Shown here one piece after another: positions 21,096 to 32,648 of a stretch of DNA of 64,000 nt. The position numbers and the translations under genes are program-made. This DNA comes from a bacterium BMS3Bbin08 (lineage in GTDB: Bacteria > Nitrospirota > Thermodesulfovibrionia > UBA6902 > BMS3Bbin08): positions 128,070 through 192,069 of the forward strand of contig BDTR01000030.1 of NCBI GenBank assembly GCA_002897775.1, read 5' to 3'. Under the pieces are notes generated by a model, which was given only the letters and a program-made list of their open reading frames with translations, was not told the DNA's origin and did no database searches. Within the stretch, counting starts at the first letter, position 1. Each line of letters begins with the position of its first letter.

Positions 21096-21265
21096 TTGCG
21101 TAAATATTACGCGCATAGGCTTGATGAAAAGCCGCCCGATGAATGGCATCTGCTTGTCAAAAACTCGCAGAGAGGAACATTTATTGAATGTAGCAAAACT
21201 GGCGGAAAAATTTACAGATGAATTTGGCTCCGGGGAATGGGCGTATCTGGCGGGGCTGTGGCATA
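21096..21265 (+). pseudogene. cas3: cas3 HD-domain 5' fragment 2, frameshifted and truncated, divergent allele
   Basis: KYYAHRLDEKPPDEWHLL, then after a 16-nt insertion EEHLLNVAKLAEKFTDEFGSGEWAYLAGLWH, ending where HDLGK would be. Confidence 0.85.
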
Positions 21266-21304
21266 GGCTAAGAAAATTATAATAGAATGTGAAGGAGGAC
21301 AAAT

Positions 21305-22138
21305 TTGGAAACAAGTATAGCAGTTTTTAAGGGTAAGCAGATCAGAAAAACTATTCATAACAACGAATGGTGGTTTTCAATTATCGATGTAATTGAGGTG
21401 CTCACCGGAACTGAGCGACCACGAAAGTACTGGAATGATTTAAAGAAAAAGCTGGCGGATGAAGGATATGACGAGTTGTCCGAAAAAATCGGACAACTGA
21501 AAATACAGTCGGCAGACGGGAAATACTATAAGACAGACTGTTCAAATACAGAGACAATGTTCAGGCTTATCCAGTCCATTCCATCTCCCAAAGCTGAACC
21601 TTTCAAGCGCTGGCTGGCAAAGGTTGGCTACGACCGTGTCCAGGAAATTGAAGACCCTGAACTCGGCACGAAAAGGACAAGGGCTTTATACAAGGCGAAG
21701 GGCTATTCGGACGACTGGATTGAAAAGCGCATGCGCGGTATTGCCATTCGTGAAGAGCTTACAGATGAGTGGAAAAAGAGGGAAGTGAAAGAGAAAAGGG
21801 AATACGAGATTCTCACTGCCGAGATTGCAAAAGCGGCATTCGGCATAACACCCGGCCAACACAAAAAACTTAAGGGACTGAAACGTCAAAACCTTCGTGA
21901 CCACATGAACGATCTCGAGTTAATTTTCTCAATGCTTGGCGAAGCGGCAACAACTGAGATAACGCGTGTTGATGATGCAAAAGGATTTAGTGAAAACAAA
22001 AAGTCAGCCCGTAAGGGTGGCGGCGTTGCAGGTAAGGCTCGGAAAGACCTTGAAAAAAAGACCAGGAAGAAGGTTGTTTCCCGTGAGAACTACCTGACCG
22101 AACCGGAGAGCCGGAAGAAGTTGGCAAGAAAGAAGTAA
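21305..22138 (+). CDS. Bro-N domain protein (phage antirepressor-like)
   Basis: WWFSIIDVI, PRKYWNDLK, IQSIPSPKAEPFKRWLA, NLRDHM motifs; TTG start after AAGGAGG. Confidence 0.85.
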   Translation: METSIAVFKGKQIRKTIHNNEWWFSIIDVIEVLTGTERPRKYWNDLKKKLADEGYDELSEKIGQLKIQSADGKYYKTDCSNTETMFRLIQSIPSPKAEPFKRWLAKVGYDRVQEIEDPELGTKRTRALYKAKGYSDDWIEKRMRGIAIREELTDEWKKREVKEKREYEILTAEIAKAAFGITPGQHKKLKGLKRQNLRDHMNDLELIFSMLGEAATTEITRVDDAKGFSENKKSARKGGGVAGKARKDLEKKTRKKVVSRENYLTEPESRKKLARKK

Positions 22139-22156
22139 AAAACGGGAGGGGTTGCA

Positions 22157-22306
22157 ATGGGACATGAAGCAAAGAAAACCGAACATTCCGGCGCCAAGAA
22201 AGGCTCTGGCGCATACTGGGGCAGAAAGGTTGCGGCGAAGAAGGAGTCGAACAGGAAAAGACGGGAGAATGATAAGGGAAGTGTGAGGGAGCAGAAGGAT
22301 CGGTAA
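22157..22306 (+). CDS. small basic hypothetical protein, 49 aa (not in ORF track)
   Basis: GGGAGG RBS, ATG...TAA, MGHEAKKTEHSGAKKGSGAYWGRKVAAKKESNRKRR...; fills the gap between Bro-N and cas3. Confidence 0.6.
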   Translation: MGHEAKKTEHSGAKKGSGAYWGRKVAAKKESNRKRRENDKGSVREQKDR

Positions 22307-22314
22307 GGTTCAAG

Positions 22315-24492
22315 ATGACAGAATATTATGCGCATAGTCTTGAAGGAAGGCCGCCGGATGAATGGCATCTCCTGGATGAGCACTTGGAGAATGTTGCAAG
22401 AATGGCCGCTGAATTCGCTAACTATTTTGGCGCCAAAACATGGGGTGAATTAGCGGGGGCAAATCATGACCTTGGCAAAGGCACACGGCCTTGGCAGGCA
22501 TACCTTCGGAAATCAAATGATATTATTGACGAATTTGCCAAGTATTATAAAGGACATCCGAATCATGCTGCTGTAGGTGCGCAATGGCTTAATAACAACT
22601 CAAGGGAAGCTGGAAAATTGTTGGCATACTGTATCGCAGGACACCATGGGGGTCTGCCTAGTTGGAGCGATTCTCCTGTTGCCTCATTGGAGATGAAGCT
22701 TCAACAACCGTTTCCTGAAGTTGCTGTGCCTTGTACAGTCTCGGAATTTCCAACCACCCTGCCTTTTCCCATTGATTCGGATCGTTTTGGGTTTCAGTTG
22801 CAATTTTTTGTTCGAATGCTTTTTTCCTGTCTTGTAGATGCGGATTTTCTTGATACGGAAGCATCTCTGGACAAAAAGAGGTCCGGCTGGCGTTCTACCT
22901 ATCCTGGAATCAGCGAACTTCATGAGAGATTCTGGGCAAATTTCAATGTGTTGCGTGAAGGAGCTGATCAAACCTTAAATGTGAACCGGCAACGGGAACT
23001 GGTTCTTGAAGACTGCTTGCGGGCAGCGGCGTTGGAACCAGGATTGTTTTCACTGACGGTTCCAACCGGCGGCGGTAAGACTCTGGCCTCGCTGGCCTTG
23101 GCACTGAATCATGCGATAAATAAAGAAAAGAGAAGAATTATTTACGTCATTCCTTTTACCAGCATCATTGAGCAGAATGCCAAGGTTTTCCGTGATATGC
23201 TGGGTGAAAATGCTGTTCTGGAACACCATTGCAATTTTCTACCTGACGATTCGAATTGGCAAACCAGGCTTGCAACTGAAAATTGGGACGCCCCTGTAGT
23301 AGTAACGACCAATGTCCAGTTTTTCAATTCTTTTTATGCCAATAAGACATCGAAGTGCCGGAAGCTGCATAATGTGGTTGAGAGTATCATTATCTTTGAT
23401 GAAGTTCAGGCCATACCGGTTGAAAAGTTGAAGCCATGCCTGGAAGTCATCAAGGAGTTGTCACTGAACTATGGTGTTACCTCGATTTTATGCACGGCCA
23501 CGCAACCTGCCATTGAGTTTTCTGACCAATTCACTACCGGACTGCAGAATGTCACGGAAATTATTCAGGATGTCCCATCGCTCTTTACAGCCTTGAAACG
23601 AACGGAGGAGGCTTTTATTGGTGAACTCAGTGAGCAGGATATTGCAGAACGGTTGCTGGAACATGAACAGGTCCTGTGCATCGTGAATACTCGGCAGCAG
23701 GCACTGGATATCTTTAATGCCTTGCCTGAGTCCGATGCAAATTTTCATCTGAGCGCCTTGATGCACCCAGTCCACCGGACGAAAAAATTGAATGAAATCA
23801 GAAACAGATTGTCGCCCGCAAACAAATTGCCGTGTCGGGTGATCAGCACACAGTTGATTGAAGCAGGTGTTGATGTGGATTTTCCCTGTGTATTTCGGGC
23901 AGTTGCCGGAATCGACAGTATTGCCCAGGCTGCAGGGCGATGTAATCGGAACGGCCTGAGCAAGGTACCATGCAAAGTGTATGTGTTTGAGTTTTCGAAA
24001 GATGGTGTTTGCTCTTTCTTTCGTCATGCTGCACAATCAGCCGCGAAGCTCTTTGAACCATTTGCCGGAAAACTTACAGATCCTGAATGTGTCCGTGAGT
24101 ATTTCGCAGATTTTTTTTGGAAAAATGAACAACGAATGGATGAGGACGGTATCATCGAAAATTACTGTCAACCGGCGCAATCAGGTAATATTCAATTTCG
24201 TGACATTGCAGAATTCCAGATGATTAAATCAGCTACCAAGCCAGTAGTCATTGCTTTGGAAGAAAATGCTATCGAACTGGTGAGTTCGCTCGAATTTGCA
24301 GAGCACAAAGGAGGAATTCTTCGGAAGCTCCAGCAGTTCAGTGTTCAAATTTACCCGTATCAATTAGAAGAAATAAAGAATTGGCTGGAAAGTCCGGTGC
24401 CGGGCGTCTGGGTCTTGCGTTCGCAAGAGCTCTACTCCGAGACTACCGGGCTCAGGTGTAAGCCACCTGAAGGACAAGCATTTTTTGGTTAA
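22315..24492 (+). CDS. cas3: CRISPR-associated HD nuclease/helicase Cas3
   Basis: HDLGK, HHGG, LVDADFLDT, PTGGGKT, DEVQ, QAAGRCNR. Confidence 0.97.
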   Translation: MTEYYAHSLEGRPPDEWHLLDEHLENVARMAAEFANYFGAKTWGELAGANHDLGKGTRPWQAYLRKSNDIIDEFAKYYKGHPNHAAVGAQWLNNNSREAGKLLAYCIAGHHGGLPSWSDSPVASLEMKLQQPFPEVAVPCTVSEFPTTLPFPIDSDRFGFQLQFFVRMLFSCLVDADFLDTEASLDKKRSGWRSTYPGISELHERFWANFNVLREGADQTLNVNRQRELVLEDCLRAAALEPGLFSLTVPTGGGKTLASLALALNHAINKEKRRIIYVIPFTSIIEQNAKVFRDMLGENAVLEHHCNFLPDDSNWQTRLATENWDAPVVVTTNVQFFNSFYANKTSKCRKLHNVVESIIIFDEVQAIPVEKLKPCLEVIKELSLNYGVTSILCTATQPAIEFSDQFTTGLQNVTEIIQDVPSLFTALKRTEEAFIGELSEQDIAERLLEHEQVLCIVNTRQQALDIFNALPESDANFHLSALMHPVHRTKKLNEIRNRLSPANKLPCRVISTQLIEAGVDVDFPCVFRAVAGIDSIAQAAGRCNRNGLSKVPCKVYVFEFSKDGVCSFFRHAAQSAAKLFEPFAGKLTDPECVREYFADFFWKNEQRMDEDGIIENYCQPAQSGNIQFRDIAEFQMIKSATKPVVIALEENAIELVSSLEFAEHKGGILRKLQQFSVQIYPYQLEEIKNWLESPVPGVWVLRSQELYSETTGLRCKPPEGQAFFG

Positions 24493-24495
24493 TAA

Positions 24496-26821
<2,326 letters not shown>

Positions 26822-26822
<1 letters not shown>

Positions 26823-27688
26823 TGAGTGATACGATCAAAAACCGCTATGAGTTTGTCCTGTTGTTTGACGTAAAAAATGGAAATCCGAATGGTGACCCGG
26901 ACGGAGGGAATCTTCCCCGGATCGATCCCGAGACCGGGCATGGAATCACAACGGATGTCTGCCTGAAGCGTAAGATTCGAAATTACGTGGAGTTGGTTAA
27001 GGATAATAAGACACCGTTTAATATTTACGTTAAGGAAAAAGCGATTCTTACAGAACGTCGGCAGCCAGCCTATGAGGCAGTGGCAGACGAAAAAGATAAA
27101 TCTGCAAAAATCAGCAAAGCACGAGCCTGGATGTGCAAAAACTTTTTCGATGTTCGGACTTTCGGCGCTGTCATGTCGGTAAAAGAAAACAACTGCGGCC
27201 AAGTGCGAGGTCCGGTGCAGTTTGCCTTTTCGCAAAGTATCGATCCAGTCGTCCCACTGGAAGCAAGTATTACCCGAATGGCTGTAGAGACCAAAAAGGA
27301 ATCATACGCCCAGGATGGAGACAACCGGACCATGGGCCGGAAGACTTATATCCCCTACGGCCTGTATCGTGTTCACGGTTTTATCTCAGCACCACTTGCC
27401 AAACAGACCGGTTTCTCCGAAGAGGACCTTGAATTGTTCTGGAATTCCCTGCAAAACATGTTCGATCACGACCGGTCCGCGGCCCGTGGCGAAATGGCGG
27501 CTAGGAATTTGATCGTCTTCAAGCACGACAGCGAACTTGGCAACGTCCCGGCCCATAAGCTCTTTGATTTAGTAAAAGTATCGCGTTCAAATGACAGCAA
27601 CGGGCCTGCACGGGTATTTTCAGACTATGAGGTGAAAGTTGACAGCGCAAATGTTCCGGGAGGCGTAACTCTAGAGGAGAAGTTTTGA
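26822..27688 (+). CDS. cas7: type I-C Cas7 (Csd2)
   Basis: [38 protein letters not shown]. Confidence 0.97.
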
Positions 27689-28258
27689 ATGACTGAAAAG
27701 AAACAATCACCCCAACTAATCCCCCCGCACGGCGGTTACCAGGAACTCCAGTCCTACAAGATGTCGGAGATCGTGTATGACGCTACAGTAGTATTCTGCA
27801 ACCGCTTCATCAACATCCGCTCCCGCACTCATGACCAGATGGTGCAGGCGGCGCGAAGCGGGAAGCAGAATATCGCTGAGGGCAGCATGGCATCGGGCAC
27901 TTCAAAGAAGTTCGAGCTTAAGCTCGTCAGTGTGGCGCGGGCAAGCCTTGAAGAAGTGCTTCTGGATTTTAAGGACTATCTGAGGCAGAAGGGGCTTGTG
28001 CTTTGGACAAAGGATCATCCAAAGGCCGGTGAAGTGAGAAAACTCTGCTATCAAAAGAATAGGTCTTATACGACTTATAAGACCTATCTTGAGCAGTCGC
28101 CACCGGAGGTGGCGGCCAATACCATGATCTGTCTGATTCACCAGACAAACTATCTGCTGGACAAGCAGTTAAGGGCCCTTGAACAAGCCTTTCTGAAAGA
28201 AGGCGGCTTTACTGAAAGACTCTACCATGCGCGATCAGGGTCGCGCAAAAAGAAATAG
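27689..28258 (+). CDS. four-helix-bundle protein (23S-IVS/Avd-like fold) with suffix domain
   Basis: HGGY, RTHDQMVQAARSGKQNIAEG, ARASLEE, GGFTERLY motifs. Confidence 0.85.
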   Translation: MTEKKQSPQLIPPHGGYQELQSYKMSEIVYDATVVFCNRFINIRSRTHDQMVQAARSGKQNIAEGSMASGTSKKFELKLVSVARASLEEVLLDFKDYLRQKGLVLWTKDHPKAGEVRKLCYQKNRSYTTYKTYLEQSPPEVAANTMICLIHQTNYLLDKQLRALEQAFLKEGGFTERLYHARSGSRKKK

Positions 28259-28265
28259 GTCATAT

Positions 28266-28940
28266 ATGAGTTATAAGCCCTATAAAGAAGATGATCTTGT
28301 TCAGCTTTCAGCCTTACAGCATTTTGCTTTCTGTGAGCGGCAGTGCGCGCTGATTCACATTGAACAGATATGGAGCGAGAATATGTTCACTGCTGAAGGA
28401 AAGATCATGCATGAAAGGGTGGATACTTCAAAGTCTGAATCACGGGGAGCAGTCCGCATGGAATTCAGTGTGCCTTTGCGTTCACTCAGACTCGGACTGA
28501 CCGGCAAGGCTGATGTTGTTGAATATCACAGGCAGGATGATGGGACATGGTTGCCCTTCCCCGTGGAATACAAACGCGGTAAACCAAAGGCGGATGATTG
28601 CGACAAGGTCCAGCTCTGCGCGCAGGCAATGTGCCTTGAAGAGATGATGAGTGTTGAAATACCGAAAGGAGCTTTGTTTTACGGTCGGATCAGGCGGAGA
28701 GAAGATGTGATCTTTGACAATGCATTACGAAAGGAAACAGAAAATACTGCGAAAAAGGTTCACGAGCTTATTGAATCACAAAAAACTCCTGGACCTGAAT
28801 ATTCAAAAAGATGCAAATCCTGTTCATTGTTTCAGCAGTGCATGCCTGAGCTGTGCTCGAAAAAGAATAAAGCAAGCAGATATCTGTCAAATATTTTAAA
28901 ACAACTGGATGCTGAGGTCTCGAATAATGGGACAGGCTGA
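28266..28940 (+). CDS. cas4: CRISPR-associated Cas4
   Basis: LSALQHFAFCERQ, PVEYKRGKPK, QLCAQAMC, CxxCS...C iron-sulfur ligands; start placed at MSYKPYKEDD. Confidence 0.96.
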   Translation: MSYKPYKEDDLVQLSALQHFAFCERQCALIHIEQIWSENMFTAEGKIMHERVDTSKSESRGAVRMEFSVPLRSLRLGLTGKADVVEYHRQDDGTWLPFPVEYKRGKPKADDCDKVQLCAQAMCLEEMMSVEIPKGALFYGRIRRREDVIFDNALRKETENTAKKVHELIESQKTPGPEYSKRCKSCSLFQQCMPELCSKKNKASRYLSNILKQLDAEVSNNGTG

Positions 28941-28962
28941 GTCAGGCGTGACAGGTTAAATC

Positions 28963-29994
28963 ATGAAAAAACATCTTAACACATTATTCGTCACCACCCA
29001 GGGGGCATATCTTTCCAAGGATGGGGAAACCGTGTCAGTTAAGGTTGATGATGAAATCCGCTTGCGTATTCCAATTCACACAATTGGCGGTATTGTATGT
29101 TTCGGTCAGGTAAGCTGCAGTCCTTTTTTAATGGGGTTTTGCGCTAAAAATAACGTTGCTGTATCATTCCTGACTGAATACGGACGCTTTCTGGCAAAGG
29201 TTCAGGGGCCGGTATCCGGGAATGTGCTGTTACGAAGGGAACAATACCGGCTTGCTGATGATGAGACTGTTTCTTTAAATATTTCCAAATCAGTTATTAC
29301 AGGCAAACTTGTTAATACCAGAACAGTATTGCAGAGGTTTTTGAGAGACCACGCCGATAAACCAAATGCAGATGCAGTGAAACAGGCGTCAAAACTTATA
29401 AGCTCAACATTAAGACGGGTATATAACGAAACCTCGCTTGACGTGATAAGAGGATTTGAAGGAGATTCGGCTCGTATCTATTTCAGTGTTTTCGATAATC
29501 TTATCACTGCCAGTAAGAAAGAATTCTTTTTCAGGGAACGTAACAGGAGGCCTCCTTTGGATAGGGTGAACTGTCTGTTGTCATTTCTGTATACGATTGT
29601 AATGCATGATGTACGCTCTGCGCTTGAGACAGCAGGGCTTGATCCGGCGGTAGGGTTCCTCCACAAAGACCGGCCGGGCAGGTATGGACTCGCGCTGGAT
29701 ATGATGGAGGAATTCAGGCCGTTTCTTGCTGACAGGCTGGTTCTTTCTCTGATAAATCTCAGTCAGGTCAATGCAAAGGGATTTGAAGAAAAAGAAAATG
29801 AAGCTGTGCTAATGGATGATGATACAAGAAAGGCTGTCCTTGTTGCATATCAGAACCGGAAACAGGATGAGATTATGCATCCATTTCTTAATGAAAAAGT
29901 GACGATTGGATTGCTTTTTCATACGCAGGCATTATTGCTTGCAAGATATTTGCGCGGCGATTTGGATGCTTATCCGCCCTTTATCTGGAAGTGA
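28963..29994 (+). CDS. cas1: type I-C Cas1
   Basis: LNTLFVTTQG, GNVLLRREQY, RNRRPP, LALDMMEEFR, YPPFIWK. Confidence 0.98.
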   Translation: MKKHLNTLFVTTQGAYLSKDGETVSVKVDDEIRLRIPIHTIGGIVCFGQVSCSPFLMGFCAKNNVAVSFLTEYGRFLAKVQGPVSGNVLLRREQYRLADDETVSLNISKSVITGKLVNTRTVLQRFLRDHADKPNADAVKQASKLISSTLRRVYNETSLDVIRGFEGDSARIYFSVFDNLITASKKEFFFRERNRRPPLDRVNCLLSFLYTIVMHDVRSALETAGLDPAVGFLHKDRPGRYGLALDMMEEFRPFLADRLVLSLINLSQVNAKGFEEKENEAVLMDDDTRKAVLVAYQNRKQDEIMHPFLNEKVTIGLLFHTQALLLARYLRGDLDAYPPFIWK

Positions 29995-30003
29995 GGATGA
30001 AAT

Positions 30004-30291
30004 ATGTTTGTTATAGTGAGCTATGATGTTTCAACTGAAGACGGCGGACAGCGGCGCCTGAGAAGGGTCGCCAGGGCATGTCAGGATTATGGACAGAGAG
30101 TTCAGTATTCTATTTTTGAATGTATGATTAATCCGGCGCAATGGACTTTTTTAAAAGAACGATTGATCAGTGAAATTGATCCTGAAAAAGACAGTCTGAG
30201 ATTTTATTACCTCGGCTCTAACTGGAAGCGCCGCGTGGAACATGTAGGGGTCCGGAAATCGCCTGATCAGGACGGTCCGTTGATCGTGTAA
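30004..30291 (+). CDS. cas2: CRISPR-associated Cas2
   Basis: VSYDV, GQRVQYSIFEC, DSLRFY. Confidence 0.97.
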   Translation: MFVIVSYDVSTEDGGQRRLRRVARACQDYGQRVQYSIFECMINPAQWTFLKERLISEIDPEKDSLRFYYLGSNWKRRVEHVGVRKSPDQDGPLIV

Positions 30292-30474
30292 GAAGGAGTG
30301 CGAACCGTAAGTTCACATTAAGTTGCCGTAAGGTTCGCACAGGGGAAAACTGCTTATTATTCTTAATGTTAGCAGTTATGTTCTTTGACAATTGAAAGTC
30401 AGTTGCTCTTGAAAGAGGGGCTTCGCAAAAATTGTCTTTTAAGGGCAGTAAAAACAACAACTTATAAAGTAAGA
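30292..30474 (+). promoter_or_regulatory. CRISPR leader
   Basis: AT-rich region between cas2 and repeat 1; inverted repeat GTGCGAACC (30298) / GGTTCGCAC (30332). Confidence 0.85.
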
Positions 30475-31536
30475 GTCGCCCCCCATGCGGGGGCGTGGAT
30501 TGAAACCATATTAATTTGTATGGGCACGCCTGAAGGTTCGTCGCCCCCCATGCGGGGGCGTGGATTGAAACTTGCTAATACACTTTCATTTGAGATAGCG
30601 CATGGTGTCGCCCCCCATGCGGGGGCGTGGATTGAAACGCTTACCATCAATACAAACTGCTGAATATGCGTGTCGCCCCCCATGCGGGGGCGTGGATTGA
30701 AACTAGATAATCGCTGTTGGATACGCCAAGCAGTAAGTCGCCCCCCATGCGGGGGCGTGGATTGAAACTTGATAGCACTGATGGAGATACAGAAGAAACT
30801 GCGTCGCCCCCCATGCGGGGGCGTGGATTGAAACCTGTTAATATTGCAGGGATGGGTCAAATAGAAGTGGTCGCCCCCCATGCGGGGGCGTGGATTGAAA
30901 CTTAAAGAAAGTAACATATTCAAAAGAAAAAACAAGTCGCCCCCCATGCGGGGGCGTGGATTGAAACTAAAGTGTTCACGGCGTTGGCTTCACTGGACAC
31001 TAGTCGCCCCCCATGCGGGGGCGTGGATTGAAACAAATTAGTTTAACTAATGGAGGTGGCGGCATGGAAGTCGCCCCCCATGCGGGGGCGTGGATTGAAA
31101 CCCCGATTCAGGCAGAGGATTTTATCTTCGAGGCCGTCGCCCCCCATGCGGGGGCGTGGATTGAAACTATCTTCTTAGGATCATAGGTAACGCTTACACG
31201 TGTCGCCCCCCATGCGGGGGCGTGGATTGAAACAGTTTTGGGTTTTATAATTATTGATTCCATAGTCGTCGCCCCCCATGCGGGGGCGTGGATTGAAACT
31301 TGATAGCCATAGGTTTTTCGCACAATAAATAATGTCGCCCCCCATGCGGGGGCGTGGATTGAAACTGTCAATAATGTAACCAGCAATATCGGAGGTAACA
31401 TGTCGCCCCCCATGCGGGGGCGTGGATTGAAACGGCGCAAAGCTGTTCTATGTATACGACAGGACGTTGTCGCCCCCCATGCGGGGGCGTGCCTGTCTGC
31501 CGGTCTACGACTCGTATAGTAGGCAGGGATTGAAAC
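30475..31536 (+). CRISPR. type I-C array: 15 intact 32-bp repeats GTCGCCCCCCATGCGGGGGCGTGGATTGAAAC plus a 16th interrupted repeat; 15 spacers of 33-36 bp
   Basis: Repeats start at 30475, 30540, 30607, 30672, 30737, 30803, 30870, 30936, 31003, 31070, 31136, 31202, 31268, 31334, 31402 and 31469; the last has a 36-bp insert at 31492-31527. Confidence 0.99.
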
Positions 31537-31601
31537 TGAAGAAGGCAATATATTTAGCAAAAGAAGTCATAAATATTGTTATTATATAAATCAAGGAAAA
31601 G

Positions 31602-31922
31602 ATGATGAATAAAATCGACCTGGAAATCGTTGAAAGATTTAGAGAGCTTGTATCACAGAAAGTAAAAGTACATGAACTCAGAGTGTTCGGCTCCCGCGCC
31701 AGAGGTGACGCTACTGCAGAGTCGGACCTTGATGTACTAATTGTTGTAGAACATCTTGACCATTCCATTGAAAGATATATAAGCGATTGCGCGTGGGAAG
31801 CAGGCTTCCCTGCTGATGTTGTAGTTGTTCCGATCCCCATAAGTATCGATGCTATCAAGAACAGCCCAATACGCGAATCCATCTTCATCAAGAATGTCTA
31901 TAATGAGGGAATTGCTGTATGA
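31602..31922 (+). CDS. minimal nucleotidyltransferase (MNT)
   Basis: GS-x10-DxD (GSRARGDATAESDLD); ATGA overlap with the HEPN gene. Confidence 0.88.
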   Translation: MMNKIDLEIVERFRELVSQKVKVHELRVFGSRARGDATAESDLDVLIVVEHLDHSIERYISDCAWEAGFPADVVVVPIPISIDAIKNSPIRESIFIKNVYNEGIAV

Positions 31923-32314
31923 CTGATTTGATGGCTCTGATACAATACCGGCTGAATGAGGCGGATGATTCCATAAAAGAAGCTGATGTTCTTCTAAGAG
32001 AAGGTATGAGCATGCGTGCCGTAATGAACAGGTTATATTATGCAATGTTTTACGCCGTATTGGCCCTTTTACAGAAAAAGCAAATTGCCACTTCAAAACA
32101 TTCAGGCGTAATTTCTCACTTTGATAAGGAATTTATAAAAAAAGGAATATTTGATAAAGAGCTATCTAAAGCATTGCATCGCGCGTTTGATCTCAGGCAG
32201 AAGGGTGATTATATGGAAGATGCAGAAGTAACGAAAGAAGATGTGGATGAGATGATCCCCAAAGTAGCCGATTTTGTTAGCAAAGTAAAAGATCACCTGC
32301 TTGGCAGTCATTAA
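31919..32314 (+). CDS. HEPN domain protein
   Basis: RLYYAMFY, KHSG, RQKGDY motifs typical of MNT-associated HEPN. Confidence 0.85.
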   Translation: MTDLMALIQYRLNEADDSIKEADVLLREGMSMRAVMNRLYYAMFYAVLALLQKKQIATSKHSGVISHFDKEFIKKGIFDKELSKALHRAFDLRQKGDYMEDAEVTKEDVDEMIPKVADFVSKVKDHLLGSH

Positions 32315-32403
32315 GTAAGATAATAAATCACAATTGTCAGCTATATTGTTCTTTAGGGCCTAAAAGTACAATATGGGAATCTGCAATATACTTTCTTGGG
32401 ATT

Positions 32404-32493
32404 ATGAGCCCTGCACAAATCGTCCAAAAACTATGGAATTACTGCAATGTCCTTCGCTCTGACCGAATCCCAAGGCCGGGTGCTCAGAAGTAA
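32404..32493 (+). pseudogene. hsdM: type I R-M methylase hsdM 5' fragment 1 (MSPAQIVQKLWNYCNVLR...)
   Basis: First 53 nt nearly identical to 34900-34952; HsdM N-terminal KLW..C..LR motif. Confidence 0.8.
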
Positions 32494-32601
32494 TTTTTAC
32501 TCTACCGTTATCGTAGTATATTAAGTACGTAATATTTCAGCTATTTGATGAAATCAAGCACTTCCAATGTATCATTTTCCTTGACAATAGGTATAGTATA
32601 T

Positions 32602-32636
32602 ATGCTATATTTCATCTATTAAATGAAATATAGCAT
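32602..32636. promoter_or_regulatory. perfect 14-bp inverted repeat, likely AbiEi operator
   Basis: ATGCTATATTTCAT-N7-ATGAAATATAGCAT between TTGACA (32581) and the abiEi start; AbiEi proteins autorepress via promoter inverted repeats. Confidence 0.7.
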
Positions 32637-32648
32637 GTTAAATGTACT

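Noticed and set aside
27689-28258. Diversity-generating retroelement, suggested by the Avd-like fold
   Set aside because: No reverse transcriptase and no TR/VR pair with adenine-specific differences seen in the window.
30507-31468. Self-targeting spacers; spacers 5 and 13 share the first 8 nt TTGATAGC
   Set aside because: No full match found by eye in the window, and the 8-nt overlap is compatible with chance; a BLAST against the genome and viral databases is needed.
30385-31560. ORFs of 62-161 aa overlapping the CRISPR array
   Set aside because: Translations of repeats and spacers (VSIHAPAWGAT, SPPMRGRGLK); not genes.
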